Numbered from the stretch's first letter, positions 37,266 to 50,536 are shown. The stretch is DNA of 64,000 nt from Lytechinus pictus (GCF_037042905.1 NC_087249.1:9984001-10048000); one strand, 5' to 3'. The notes: a model not told the origin generated them from the sequence alone. Program-made: numbers and translations.

Positions 37266-37870
37266 TCATATGGGTAATAATCTGTGTAATAAAACTGGGT
37301 TCCAAAAGAAACTTATCAATTTTCACAAGTGCACCACTCAAAGTCCACTCGGTCAAAATGAACAAAATTTTGACACAGGCTAGCTTAAATAACCTTTGCT
37401 ATTAAAGCACATGTCAATAATTAAGAGATTGGTTTAATAACAAAGAGGCTGTAGCCCCTCAAAGCAATTGGTTCCGGAATCCAAAGTCACAAAATTGCGA
37501 AAGAAAGACCAATGAAAATGAGATGGTATTAAACCAAATGGTCATTCTTTGCTTGACTGCTATTGAGTCCATTTATGCAGTTTGCTTCTTTGACCTCAAT
37601 AGGTGATTTCAAAATTTAAAATTCTTAGTTTAATATTGCAATCAATTAAACGTGCCGATGGTCATACTCTGAACTTTAATAAACTGGTATTACATGTATT
37701 GTTTAATCCCATTTAATTTTCATTGGTCTTTCTTTTGCCAATTTGCGACTTTGGATTCTGGAACCAATTGATTTGAGGGGCTACAGCCTCTATGTGATCA
37801 AACCAATCTCTTAATTATTGCCGTACAGTGCTTAGTAGTAAAGATTATTGAAGCTAGCCTATGTCAAAAT

Positions 37871-40800
37871 CAGGGCGCAACAAACCCGCTTGCCCGGGGC
37901 AAGTGAAAATGATGTGCGGGCAAGCATTTCTCAAAATCAATTGCCCGATCGGGCAAGTGGTTGTTTTGGAAATAAAATTATAAAATATCAGTAGACCCTC
38001 TAAATTTCAATATCTTTTGGATAATCACAACTATCTCTCATATTATGTCAAACCAGTAAAAAAAAACAGTGGAAACTGATGTAAAATCAGCGCCAATTAC
38101 CAATAGTTTATCGCCAGGTACCTTGTTCGAAGAACCGTGCCATCACATCTTACGTTCTATGTGTGCAATGACTGTGCATGCGCTACTATCTTGCGCAATT
38201 TGCCGATGCAAACCAGACCAAAAAAAAAACCCACTAAAATTTCACATTTTGCAAAAATCCATGAAATGGCCATCTGTTTTCCATATTACCTTGAAATTTT
38301 TGTTGATTTAGTTGGAAACTACGGAAAAAATGAAGAATGTTCAGCTCTTTCTTGACTCTGATTCATGATGATAGTACACTCGCTAAATGTTTTTTATTAT
38401 TGTGGTCCCACATGTAGACTTTCATGGTGTTGACCAAGTGTAAAACGATCAACGATCGTTTTCTGTTAATGTTGCGACACCATAAAAAAAACATGAAAGT
38501 CTACATGTGGGACTACAATTAAAAAAAATATTGACGGAGTGTAACATCATAAAATGATGAAGAAAAGACAAGAGAGAGGTGAATATTCTTAATTTTAACT
38601 GATTTTTTTTTAATTCAAGGAAATATGGAAAATACATTTCATGGATTTAAAGATGCAAAATGTGACATTTTAGCCACTCCACTTTAGATGAATTAATATA
38701 TATATTTTTTTTACATCATAAAACAATCTTTTTCAGAGTCAATAAAGAGCTGAATATTCTTCACTGGCTTTCTTTATAGTTTCCAACTAAATACAACAAT
38801 TCTAAGGAAATTTCGTGGATTTAAAGATGCAAAATATGAAATTTAGCAACTTTTGGTGAAGGTTTTTATTAAACCTTAAAACATGAATAGCAAAAAAACT
38901 TTTCAAAATAAACGTAATGACTGGGGCCTACGTTGCTGAAAATAAACTTTTAAATGTGTGTTCCTTTATACTGCACATGATTCTCAATTGTTGTTATTTT
39001 GTATAATGTTGTAACCCGCACCCGTTGCGGTACGGGTTAACCTGCCGGTATGCCCCCGATCGCGGGTTGCGGGCCGGGCCGAGTTCATTCTCAAACCCGC
39101 AGACCGTCATGCGAAAAAAAAGGGAGAAGTAACGACGTATAATAAAAACATTAACTATGAAAATTTAGTTAGGATCATGTGCTTCTTACGTGGCGGATTC
39201 TTTTAGAGACGTAGATATTTCCTTTTAAAAAAATGCTGGCGTATTTTTGTCTTGTGAACAGTGAACAGGACTGAGACAGTTCGACATAAATACATCGAGT
39301 TGCTCTTTCGAAGAAGGAGCGCGCGCCAGTGCAGCGCAGCACAGTCTAGTCAAAAGCAATCGCATAGGCCAATGAAACTCGATGTCGAGTTTCCCGTCCC
39401 ATTTTTTCCAGCTCATAATGAGAATTTCATTATTCATTATTTTCCAGAAGATAAAAGTTTGACCTTTTGTAACCTTTGAACGCACTTTTATTCTGTGGAA
39501 CTGTCTTGAAGCCAGGGAGCAAATCAATCATTTTTTTTCGGGGGTTCCATTTTCATTTTTGGGGTAATATTTCAGGGTCTCCATTTCTACCGTTTTGGAG
39601 GCTACTTTTTTCATTTCGGGGGCTCTTTTCAAATGCTACGTTTTTGTATTTTGAGGAATCCCTGTTCACTTATTAAATTAATTATTACTTATTGTTTAAT
39701 ATTTCATGATTTTAAAGTTATTTTTTTCATGCTTAGAATCTTGGATGTGGGTGTGTTTGTGTGGGTGTGACTATGAGTTGAACTTGGATATAAATGAATT
39801 CAATAACTAATTTCTACTCCATCTAATTCCAGTACTTGGCCATGTAATAAAGGCCCACATACCCTAACTTTTCCTGATGTTCTTTGAAAACGCAGATCAC
39901 CACGAAAATTGCATTTCTCTATGGGGGAGTCTAAATTTGGTGAGAATGAATTCATTCATAACTTAAATATACATGACAATGAAGAAATCATCTAACTTTA
40001 TTGGCAGTTTTGAATAATATTCCCGAAATATAAACTCTGTCTGAAACATAAAATCACCATCATTGAGGCCTTTACAGAGCGAATTGTCCACCAGAGCTCT
40101 GGCAGAGAGACAGAGCTCAGACTGGCTAGCTAGTACAAGCGCCAATGCGTACGTGCGTGAGCCTCCCGTCGGCCTTGTAAAACAGATTGAGTTTTGTTTG
40201 ATGATTTTTTTTGTCTGATATGCCGTATGACAACTCACCAATGCGAGGTTACTAGACTATGGGATTTATTGAGGTAGCTCGACCAAACCTTGAGCGATGT
40301 TCGTGCAGGCTCCACTCCACTTCACTACCGCTACATCGGGTAGGTAGAGCGTAGGCCGTAGTGTAGCAGAAGTGAAGTTGAGTGGAGCATGCACGAACAT
40401 CGCTCGAGGTGTGGTTGAGCATGCAGTGTCATTCCATTCACAAGAAAAAAACAAGAAAAGAATTACAGGTACTTACATGATATACAAGTAATTGTGACTG
40501 AAAAGCTTATATTAATGTTTTATATCAGTTCTGAATCTAGATGTCAAAATAGTAAAATAATGAATTATTTTCAGAATTTGATTTTTAAACGCGGTCCAAA
40601 TTTCATAACGCGGGCGGGCGACGGGAAACTGAACATCGAATTTGCTGGGCAGCCTGGGCTACATGTAGCTAGCGCGCGCTGAGCTGCGGCTCCGATCCGA
40701 GGAGTTAATTGCGCAATGCTTTCGATTACGAGATCAGAGCCGACCCATTTCGGGTACAAAGTAACCCCCAAAAACATTTTCTCTCCGGAATAAAAGGCGA

Positions 40801-41152
40801 ATTTGCAAATTGTAAGTAAATTCACTCTAGGCTAGGTTAGTAGTTGGCATATATTTTCGTGATTTGAGCCTGTATAGTGTGGGGATTGCAGAAATAATTT
40901 TAATTTTTCACAGATAAATTTACTTGCGGGTTAAAACCCGACGGGTCAGCGGGTCCCGCTTGCAAATTATTGGATTATACGGGACGGTACGGTTCGGGTT
41001 TTCACTTGCGGGTTACAACATTAATTTTGTATGACCTTTAAAAATATGCAGTGCAGTCATAATAAAAAAATTATAAAACAAATTGGGCAAGCAGTTTTTT
41101 TTATCGGGCAAGCAAATTTTTTCATCACTAAAATTTTTTTTGTAGAGGCCTG
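37871..41152. mobile_element. hAT/P-like non-autonomous element with GGGCAAG subterminal motifs
   Basis: CAGGGCGCAACAAA...TTTGTAGAGGCCTG; direct repeat TCAAAAT on both sides (8 bp GTCAAAAT if the terminal G is counted). Confidence 0.78.
39004..41023. mobile_element. hAT-like non-autonomous element, 2020 bp, ACCCG subterminal motifs
   Basis: Perfect 17-bp TIR TAATGTTGTAACCCGCA, perfect 8-bp TSD ATTTTGTA. Confidence 0.92.
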
Positions 41153-42679
41153 TCAAAATATTGTTCATTTTGACTGAGCGGACTTTGTGTCGTGTGCTTG
41201 TGAAGTTGATATTAGTTTCTTTAGGAACCCAGTTTAGATTGAGAGAGTCTTCTAAATCCTTCAACTTAAACCTGTTGATACTCTTCACACATTCCCCTGT
41301 ACGGAAGGAGAGGAAGTTGTAGCTTCCTCTGTCCTTCTGACGTGATTCCATTATAAAAAGGGAGGAAGTAAAATTGTTCCCTTTGCACATGTTCACAATG
41401 GAGTGCCGTACATATACGTAAAATATGCTAGGCCCTGTTTGTTTTGAAAGGAAGTGCAAATTCTACTTGCATGTACATGTAATAACATGAATCTTAGATT
41501 GTACCTACTCTATACTGTTCTTATCAGTTTAATATTACGCTTACAAGCAATACGCTTTACATTGTACAAGTCCCTTTACTGGGTAGTAAATAAAAATAAA
41601 GACATAATCGGTTGATAAGGCCTATACTATGCAAGATATGTTGCTAGGTGTAATATATACCTTTTAAAATACTTGGACCTTATGAAAAAAGAAGAAAACT
41701 TGCATCCATAGTATAAGGTAGGCCTTTACAGTATGTAGGCCCTACACGTTCAAATGACATCATATATTGAATAAAAATTACATACGAACACATTAAACAA
41801 CATTGAGACCTTCAGATCTGTACTAAAGACCTAGTGTAGAGTATCTTTTCCATCATCTGTGCGAATAACTGTGTGACATACTGTACATGTATTGGGGAGC
41901 CGGCGCCTTTGAATATTTTGTTTTTAAGGATAAGTTGTGCTATACAAATGCTGGTTTAAATCCAGTTGTGTAAATTGCCAGTATGAGTTGCTATTTGCAG
42001 CAAACCTTTGGCAAGCTTTCATGTTTTCAAGAACAATCAATTTATGTATGTAGACATGCAGAAATATAGTTCATACACATTTCTTGTGCTGTTGATTTTC
42101 GACCCTGCATGACTGTTACAAAGTCGGTGGTTGTAAATCATGTCAGCTAACAGCTGATGCAGAACCAGATCCAGACATATTGCGAAACTTCTCAAGGATA
42201 TATGTTCTCAGGCATATATGAATTATGCAAAACAACAAGATGGTCCAAGTTCGCATTCAGACCTTGGGAGCGTTTCATGAAAGGACTAAAGACTTGTCGG
42301 ACATTTTTTCAGACAAGTCCTGTTTTAACAGACAGTTTCCATGGTAACTGTCAGATACCATGGTAACTGAATTCATGTCAGCCGACCAAAATCAAAGAAA
42401 GTGATGAGATCTGATGACTTGTCAGATGAAAATGGTGATGATATGCTCCTCGGGGGGGGGGGGGGGATGGCATTTCATAAAGGGGAATTAGACCATTGCC
42501 ATGGTAACATGGCTTGGCAGCCAATCACAATCAAGGTTTCCATGGCACATTAGTTACATAGTTTTAATTTTTTATGAAACAAGCCCTGATGCCGATCCTT
42601 AGAAATGTCACTCTCACATTTATTTATTAATATTTAGTTTTTTATTAAAAAAGTAGAAACAGATTTGTCCATTGTGCCA

Positions 42680-43179
42680 ACGGTTGGTTATTCAAAATGT
42701 TATTCTGAACAGACTACAGGTTTGTTATTCCAAAACACACAAATTGCTATACATGTGATGTTTACCGAGATGTTTGTTTGTTCGATAATCACGAAGGGTT
42801 AGTTGATCCCAACATTCGTAGCAGTATTTCAAAAGCTCTTTATCCGAAATGAAAATATGATTTTTTATTCTGAAGGTTTGTTAGTCTGACAATCAAATAA
42901 GGTTCAATATTTTGAACGTTTTATTTGACAAAAAATTTAATAAGGATTGTTATTCCAAAGGTTTGATAGTCCAAAAATGCAATAAGATCAGATTAATAGT
43001 AGGAACATCGTAAATGATTCATCTGAACCTTATTTCATTTCCTGAATATTGAACCTTTGGATTAATTATACTTTTTGTTTTCAGAGTAACAATCCTTCAG
43101 ATTGACGAAAATCTTCAGACTAATGAATCTTCAAACTATTGAAAATGTAGGTATCTGAACCTTCTGAATAACAAGCCGT
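42680..43179. mobile_element. Old MITE-like element of short GTTATTC.GAA repeats in inverted halves
   Basis: CGGTTGGTTATTC...GAATAACAAGCCG termini; degenerate internal repeats. Confidence 0.5.
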
Positions 43180-43194
43180 AACCATCATGTACAC

Positions 43195-44048
43195 TAGGCC
43201 CGTTTCGGGTACACGTGTACACGTGTACACGCACGGTCAAGTCAGTGCACGTGTACTAAATTCCATCACCGTGTACACGGTAGCATCTGCATAAAGCTTG
43301 CATGGGACTACAAAATCAGTGAACAAGCTCACAGCCTCACATTAAATCATAGTTCTCAGACACTGCACATATTCTAATTACTAATATGTCAATATATTTC
43401 AATTAATCTAGAGTGAGTTCACTTCCAAAATCGCCGATTTAATCCACATACATTCTGGAGACTCAAGTTTTTGTACCACGAAATGGGTCTGCTCCGCCTC
43501 CGGTCTCGAAAGTGTTGCTCAATCACACTCATAGCCAATTTGAGAATCACCAATTGCAACAGCGATCATTGCTACAACTTACGTGTTATACGCTCGTACA
43601 CATGTGCTACAAGCCTACAAACAAACGCTCCTCAAATTGGCAACAAAATAATGAAAATCAATCGATAACTTCAGTTACACTTAATTCTGCAGCGATCTGT
43701 GCATGCACGTACGGTACAGTATACAAAATGCGCATCCAACGAGCGTCGGCGCTAGCAGGGCCCTGCACTGATTTTCTTTTGCATTCTTTATTAATTTAAT
43801 GCGCTGCTAAGCTGAGTAAACTTTTAATTTGCACCAATTTTTGTGGATTGATACTTCAAACTTCTCTGGTAAGCTTTAAAACCGTGACTTAGGCTATATA
43901 GACCCCCTTTTTAATGACATGTTGATGCAGGTCCGTGTCGACATGAAAACAACTCGCTCTCAGAGTGTTTACAACGTGTACACGTGTACACGACCGAAAA
44001 ACACGCCGTGTACACGTGCATCAAAAATGGACTTTCAAAACGGGCCTA
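43195..44048. mobile_element. Non-autonomous DNA transposon (hAT-like) with GTACACGT subterminal repeats
   Basis: 11-bp TIR TAGGCCCGTTT; flanks ATGTACAC / GTGTACAT. Confidence 0.82.
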
Positions 44049-44412
44049 GTGTACATGTACATTAAAATGATTTGGTAGAAATTGGTAATTGCTTGAAGAC
44101 GGGTGGATGATAGCGCAAAAGCATTCTTTCATTTATGGACTTTTCTCTATTAAAGAACAACATATTTTTTCAGCATACTTAAATAGTTTTTAGCTACAAA
44201 ATACCTTTTTTTTTTCATCAGCAATGCATTTTGGCCTTTAAATCTGGTTTGATAGCCACAGCCCTTGATTAGATACCAAGGGCATTGTGTGAACGAAAGT
44301 TCAGAATGTGTTTTGTGCTGATCAGGCATCTGAAATCTATCCGGCCTGTGTGATCAAATTACCCTCTAGTTACAGATGGAATGATAAATGATGACCATTT
44401 CACCAACTCAAT

Positions 44413-44896
44413 AGGTGGTTTCAAACCGCCTCGATCATAAGAATCCCTGTTAAATTATGAGAACATTTTTAGGCTAAAAAATACCCATTAATTATTCCTG
44501 CATTCACACCGCCCCGAAACATACCCTTCGGAATAAGTTCCCGAAGTTAAGAGCATGCGCAGTATGGTCTGAGAACCAAGCAAGGCGTGAGATTCAAAAC
44601 CACTAGCTCAGCAGCCACCCACGGCGCCCAGCCGCCCGCACCTTACTACACGCTGGGCTAAAAGTTCCCGTAAATTGCTTTCACATTGCCAAAATACCTG
44701 CGACCTTGGAAAAATCCCTGCGAAAGTTCTCGTAATTTGACAAGTACCTACTATTTAGTGGGTATTTTCTTTCGGGGAGATTACGCTTAATTTGCTTTCA
44801 TATTGCCAATATTACCTGGTATTTTCTGATCGGGGTAAATTTCCCGATCAGAAAATACCTGGAACTGATGAACTTCGAGGCGGTCTGAAACCACCT
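44413..44896 (+). mobile_element. MITE family E copy 2
   Basis: aat|AGGTGGTTTCAAACCGCCTCGA...TCGAGGCGGTCTGAAACCACCT|aat. Confidence 0.9.
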
Positions 44897-45457
44897 AATC
44901 CCCCCTTATCAATGTCTGATATTTTGCCTACATATGTACAGAATGAGGTTTGTCATTTCCCTAAAAGAAAAGTAACATAAAATGTACACTCAAATTGGTT
45001 GGTATTTTTCAAAATTGAATTTTCCATAATTTTCAGAAGTTGTTGATTGACAGGTGTAAAAATGAATGGCCATTTCCAGTCTGCAATGAGCAGGACTATT
45101 TATTTTAAAAATACATTTTTTTTCTCACAAAGTGATGATGAAATACTGTCATAAAGACTTTAAACTCTTGTGGAATTAATTTGAAATTCAGTATACAGTA
45201 ATTCATTAAACTTGTGCTGCAAGATATATTCTCTGCCTACCTGGTAGAAGTGTAAACTGCATTTCATAGTGCAGCGAGGCATCAAACTCAGCCATAATGG
45301 TTTGATGAGATTGTGGTTGCAGAACTGGAGGTTTTCTTTCATTTGAATACTTTTTCATTTTTTTTAATTGAAATCATGCAGAAACCGCAAGCATCATTGA
45401 TGTTTTATCATGACTAAATGCAATTTCTCCTCCCTTTTTTTTCTTCCCTGCATACAG

Positions 45458-45511
45458 TATTCAACTACCTGTAGTAAGAGACCCAGCATTCAATTCAAAG
45501 GCAACAGCGGT
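45458..45511 (+). CDS. ELL: ELL coding exon 2 (54 bp, YSTTCSKRPSIQFKGNSG)
   Basis: Polypyrimidine tract + ACAG acceptor, GGT|GTAAGT donor, phase 0/0. RPSIQFKG matches the ELL-family RPSI.F.G motif. Too short for the ORF track. Confidence 0.88.
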
Positions 45512-46594
45512 GTAAGTATACAATAGGGACCTTTATGTTACCATGGCAACACGTTTTCAGCCATCCTTCTGCCATTCTCTACTTTTATGGGTTTTTTTTC
45601 TGTTCTGTACTTTCTCCTGTCTTCAAACATCCGCCCCTGCATTTCTTATCTGGGTTTATTTGAAAAAAATTCAAAGTGGTTAGTGGTTACATGTATGTGA
45701 GCTACAATGTACACGTTGGGAAAATCCATTATTAAACTGTTATATATAAAGTATACCTGAAAGGAAAAGTTCATGAAATATATTAATTGCCATACTTGTA
45801 CATTAAAAAATCCATCAAGTTGAATTTCAGGTCATCTCTCTTTTACTTCTTTGTTTCGCCTTTGTGATTTTTAATATCCTGAAAGTGAAATATGGCATAT
45901 GTATGCAGAATATCTTAGGACATATTTATTAATGCAGATATTTGTTTGTACATGTAGACATCATTATCATGATAATAATTGCTAATTAGTTTATGGTCAA
46001 CAGTTTACATACAAGGATCTGTAATCATTTCCTTTTGTAAGCTGACACATTAAAAATAGAGTATCACAAGACTGTCAAATATCTTTCTATTGCCAGTTTA
46101 TGCAGAGGAAATGAAAAAAAGAACTATGAATTAATCCGTGAAAATGTGACATGATTTTGTTGTGTTACAAATTAGAACTCATTAATCTGTATTTTGGAAA
46201 TAAGCACTTGGTTTAAAGAAGATTGGGTTACATGGACATTAAGTATGTTTATATTTGATTATCGCTTGAATTGAGTTGAGTTGTTATGTATCTTGAATGG
46301 ACTGATTAAAGCATGAACCTTCAATATCCTCCCTTGCCTCAATTTTGCAAGATGATAATGGAGATAAGATACATCTTGTTTTGAACAAAGCTATTCCTAT
46401 CATTTGCCCCTCTACATGCATGTACATGTACATTTATTTATCAATTTTAATAAATATGGCTTTATATCTTCCTATATTTTTGTGTGCATTTTCTGTATTG
46501 TGACAGAATTCTAGTTTAGAATTTGATTTTTTATAAGGAATTAATTCTTTACATTTATTTCTCATTCATTCATTCATTTTATTAGTAGTTAGTG

Positions 46595-47260
46595 TTTGTC
46601 TCGCGTGTATAGCGGAGCAAAACTAGGTGCCACTTGACGGCGGCAGCGTTGTAAACATTCAAATCTTACCCAACCAAGGTTAAGTTTCTGAAATGTATAA
46701 AAAATCATAGTTTTGAAAGTAAATGGGTCTATCACATGAAACTTTGACATAAGGGTATCAGTAATCAAGTATCACTGATCATCTTTCATGAGTTTCAGGT
46801 CACATGAAAATGATCAAAGTTTCTTTTATATGTCAATGAACTTCAAATGTCATCATATCATTGAAGGTTTATGGACCTAGAGCATAGAAATTGGACATAC
46901 ATGTGGGTTATCAAGTAGCACTGATAATTACGCACAATTTTTTTGTCACATGATCAAGGACAAAGGTCATTAAGGGTAAAATGATCAACATGGAAACATT
47001 TGAAATGTTGAACTTTGATAGTAAATCGGTCTATCGCATGAAACTTCCACGACATAATCAAGTATCACTGTTAATTTTGCATGAGTTTCAGGTAACATGA
47101 TGAACTTTAGTATGTTATTATCATGTGAATTTTTTTTTGGTGAATAGTAATAGTTGCTTTCGAAATTCAAATCCAGCACTGCTGCTAGCCTGCTACATTG
47201 AATCGCGTACACATACATGTGTAATGCAAGCGAGACTGCTGCAGTCATTCCATATTTTTG
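46595..47260 (+). mobile_element. Helentron-associated (HINE/DINE-1-like) non-autonomous element; short related copy at ~53200-53595
   Basis: Subterminal inverted repeat GTCTCGC (46598)...GCGAGAC (47230), GGCGGC microsatellite, internal tandem units (CAAGTATCACTG...GGTCACATGA), T-rich flanks. Confidence 0.55.
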
Positions 47261-48430
47261 TTTCTTGGGGGGGGGGGGAGGGGTGACAACTGTATCTGTG
47301 CACATGTACATATATGTATGTGTGTCCGATGAAATGTCTAGATGACATTGAATTTTTAAATTGGTACGTGAACTCCTGTTATTGATTAATGAATGTGCAT
47401 CACTTTGTATTGTTTAAACCTTGTCTCACTGATAAGTTATCCATTTTGCTTGATTAAAGGTGCCAACTTTTGTATTATTATTCAAATACAGACAAGTTCT
47501 AAAGGGGAAGTTTACACTCACAAAAAATTTATTGTATTAAAGGAAATATACTAAAAAACATTGCCAAATTTATTATTATTTATTCACAATGTGAATAAAT
47601 TTCTTGCTGAAGGAAATTACGCCATGGCTGGGATTCGAACCCACGACCCTCTGTTTCAAAGTCAGAAGACTAATCCACTGGGCCACAACGCTCCACATCT
47701 TGAATCATCTTGTCTCGAGAAGGCCTTTAATTTTGGAACTTCCTCTTGCAGCAGAGTTGTGTTTTTACAGCTGTGCAGAATAACCATCTTTGCAATTATA
47801 AGAGTGTACATACATATTCAGAGATCATGACTTTCATTATCTTATTGTATAAAGCATTCTTTGACCCACTTGAACACACAAATAGCAGAGAATAATAGGC
47901 TTTGTGAACCAAATCCAGTGTTCTCTGGGTTTTTTTTGCATTAAAGTGAGCTGCTACAAGCGACTACTCTGTATTTAAAACAAAAAGAAATCTTATTGAT
48001 TTTTAAAGGCCACGTCCACAGATTGCTTTTTGTAAAGTATTCAATTGCTATCAATCGTGTCACCCGTGTTGTAATTAGCATTCTGAGCAATTTCATTCTT
48101 GGAGTATGTACATGTACATTGGAGTGTGTACAGTCATGTTGTACAGGGTATTGGTAGGAATAGGAATAAATGATTGCATTAAACCATAAGTGTTAACCTG
48201 TTTTAAGTACGACATTACATACAAATATGTTCAGACAGGACACCATGCTAGGACCTTTTTTATTCACTTTTTAAATTGAACACTTCCCTTTTCCCCTGAC
48301 TACTAGGGAAATATGTGAATTTTAAATACTTGTGATGCACATTTTGTAGTGTAAGTGCAAAAACGCATTTAACACCACATTTTCGCGCATTTGCATGCAT
48401 GCAAAAACGCCCATAGCATCACACATTTAA

Positions 48431-49024
48431 AGGACAAGTCCACCCCAACAAAAAGCTGCTTTGAACAGAAAGAGAAAAATCAGACTAGCATAACGCTGAA
48501 AATTTCATCAAAATCCGATCTAAAATAAGAAAGTAATTACATTTTTATGTTTTGCTTAATTTCACAAAACAGTTATATGCACATCCTGGTCGGTATGCAA
48601 ATGAGGGGACCAATGACATCACTCACTCACTCACAATTTCTTTTGTATTTTATTATGTGAAATATGAAATATTTTAATTTTCTCCTTATTGCCATGTGAA
48701 GAAAAAAAATTCCTCCCTGAACATGTGGGTTCTATTGTTTTAACATTTTGTGGTTCAAACAAGAGGCTTCTATTTGTCAAATTCATAAAAATTGAAATAT
48801 TGTATAATTCAAACAATAAAAAATAGTGAGTGAGTGAAATCATCGACTCTCTCATTTGCATATCACTGAATTGTGCATATAACTGTTTTGTAAAAAATAA
48901 GCGAAACTTTAAAATGTCATAACTTTCTTATTTTACATCCGATTTTGATGCAGTTTTCAGCGTTATTCTTGTTTGATTTTTCTCTATTTATTCAAATAAA
49001 CTTTTTCTGGGGTGGACTTGACCT
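48431..49024. mobile_element. Family C copy 4 (complete, opposite orientation), ending 73 bp before ELL exon 3
   Basis: ttaa|AGGACAAGTCCACCCC...GGGGTGGACTTGACCT|ttaa. Confidence 0.88.
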
Positions 49025-49097
49025 TTAAGTGCATTACAGATTTATTACTCGGATTATCAGATTCAATCCGTCATTGACTCGTCCTTCTCCTTTGTAG

Positions 49098-49216
49098 GTG
49101 ATTACATTCCCCAGCAGAGAGGCCAAAGATGGTGAGAGGGAATTCAAATTTACAGTTCAGCCGTTGCAGGCCCCTAAGACCAGCAGCTTTGAAAGCATTC
49201 AGCACTATCGCAACAG
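49098..49216 (+). CDS. ELL: ELL coding exon 3 (119 bp, VITFPSREAKDGEREFKFTVQ...SFESIQHYRN)
   Basis: TTTGTAG acceptor, CAG|GTATTC donor, phase 0/2. The F.F and SF..IQ motifs fit the ELL N-terminal domain. Confidence 0.88.
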
Positions 49217-49257
49217 GTATTCCATTCAAATAGGTCTCTGTCAAAATGAAATCCATA

Positions 49258-49499
49258 CACTGCAAAAACAACGGTGTTGATTTAACACCAGCCCGGTATC
49301 TGTATATGTCCACACCAGAGAAGTATTGAAACAACACCAGTTTGGAATCAAACGGATGCTGTTTTAATACTACTTGGTGTTGTATAAATGCCTATCTGGT
49401 GTTTGACCAAAACTAAACCGGTGTTGTTTAACATTTCTCTGGTGTGGACATGAATAGATTCCGGGCTGGTGGTCAATCAACACCGGAGTTTTTGCAGTG
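49258..49499. mobile_element. CACTG-ended (EnSpm-like) MITE
   Basis: ta|CACTGCAAAAAC...GTTTTTGCAGTG|ta with ACACC internal repeats. Confidence 0.88.
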
Positions 49500-49735
49500 T
49501 ATTAACATGTCGTCCAAGCCCATAGCCAGTTAGGGGGTTCGGAGGGCTCTATCGAGCTCCTTAAAATGTCCAAAAGCAAGAAAAAATTTGAGGAAAAGGA
49601 AAGAGAAGAAGAAAGGGAAGGGATCGAACCCCCTAATTGAAAACCCTGGCTACGGACCTGTCTTCTTTAAGTGTCAGGATAATTTTCTTAAAATTTCCTT
49701 AAAATTCAATTTTGGTTATAAATTGGGTTTACCAG

Positions 49736-50006
49736 GGGCCCATCTTACAAAGAGTTGCGATTGATCCGATCAATCGCAACTATGGGAAGCCAGCAAAGTC
49801 AACATATAAGATGCATGTTTGTTCAAAAAAATTTCTAGATATGAATGTAAATCGATAAATTCATTGATTTCTTGACAATTTGGTGTGATCTCCTTTGTTT
49901 ACAAAGGACATTTTGCAAATTTCCTGTAGAAAAAATTATGACACTGATGGATTTCCATAGACTTACGATTGATTGGATCAATCATAACTCTTTGTAAGAT
50001 GGGGCC
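49736..50006. mobile_element. PIF/Harbinger-group MITE with CWG TSD (copy 2, inverted relative to 1628)
   Basis: cag|GGGCCCATCTTACAAAGAG...CTCTTTGTAAGATGGGGCC|cag. Confidence 0.88.
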
Positions 50007-50407
50007 CAGAAGTCCCCCGTTGTGATACGATTGGTTTGGGATTCCTTGTGATATGATACGTTGGAGATTCAGTATGGCTCATTTAAATGTATTAACTAGT
50101 TTCAGAGTCAAATGCATGTTGTATCACATTCAAGCAATATTTTTGAGAAGTGTTAATGCATACAAACACTTGTGTGGTTACTTTGTTGGAATTTTCTAAA
50201 TAATTAATTTTATTGTATATTTACTGTTTTATAGTAATACAATTTTATAAACTGGAAATAATGTATTTGTACATAACACATTAACACATTATTGTCTACT
50301 TCACATTGTATTAATAATTGTGTTGTAAAGAAAATATTAATGTGTATCAATAATGTTTGAAAATATTAAATTCGCATTTGCCTAATTTTTGGTTTTGATT
50401 TATTTAG

Positions 50408-50536
50408 TCGAGGAGAGCACAAGCTTGACTCGCTTGGTAGTATCCAGACCAAGGTGACGGTGAGTGGAACGGACGATGTCTACCAAACCACTCAGAAGAA
50501 GATGAAGCTCGCTGACGAGGAGATGAAGAAAGTCAG
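50408..50536 (+). CDS. ELL: ELL coding exon 4 (129 bp, RGEHKLDSLGSIQTKVTVSGTDDVYQTTQKKMKLADEEMKKV)
   Basis: TTTAG acceptor, CAG|GTAAAA donor, phase 2/2. LGSIQ.K.TV..T.D.YQ is an ELL signature. Confidence 0.92.

Larger units (their letters stand above)
37292..41235. mobile_element. Palindromic MITE (~660 bp own sequence, centre ~37600) whose right arm carries nested hAT-like elements
   Basis: AAACTGGGTTCC...GGAACCCAGTTT; 37292-37540 pairs with 37700-37870 + 41153-41235. Confidence 0.8.
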
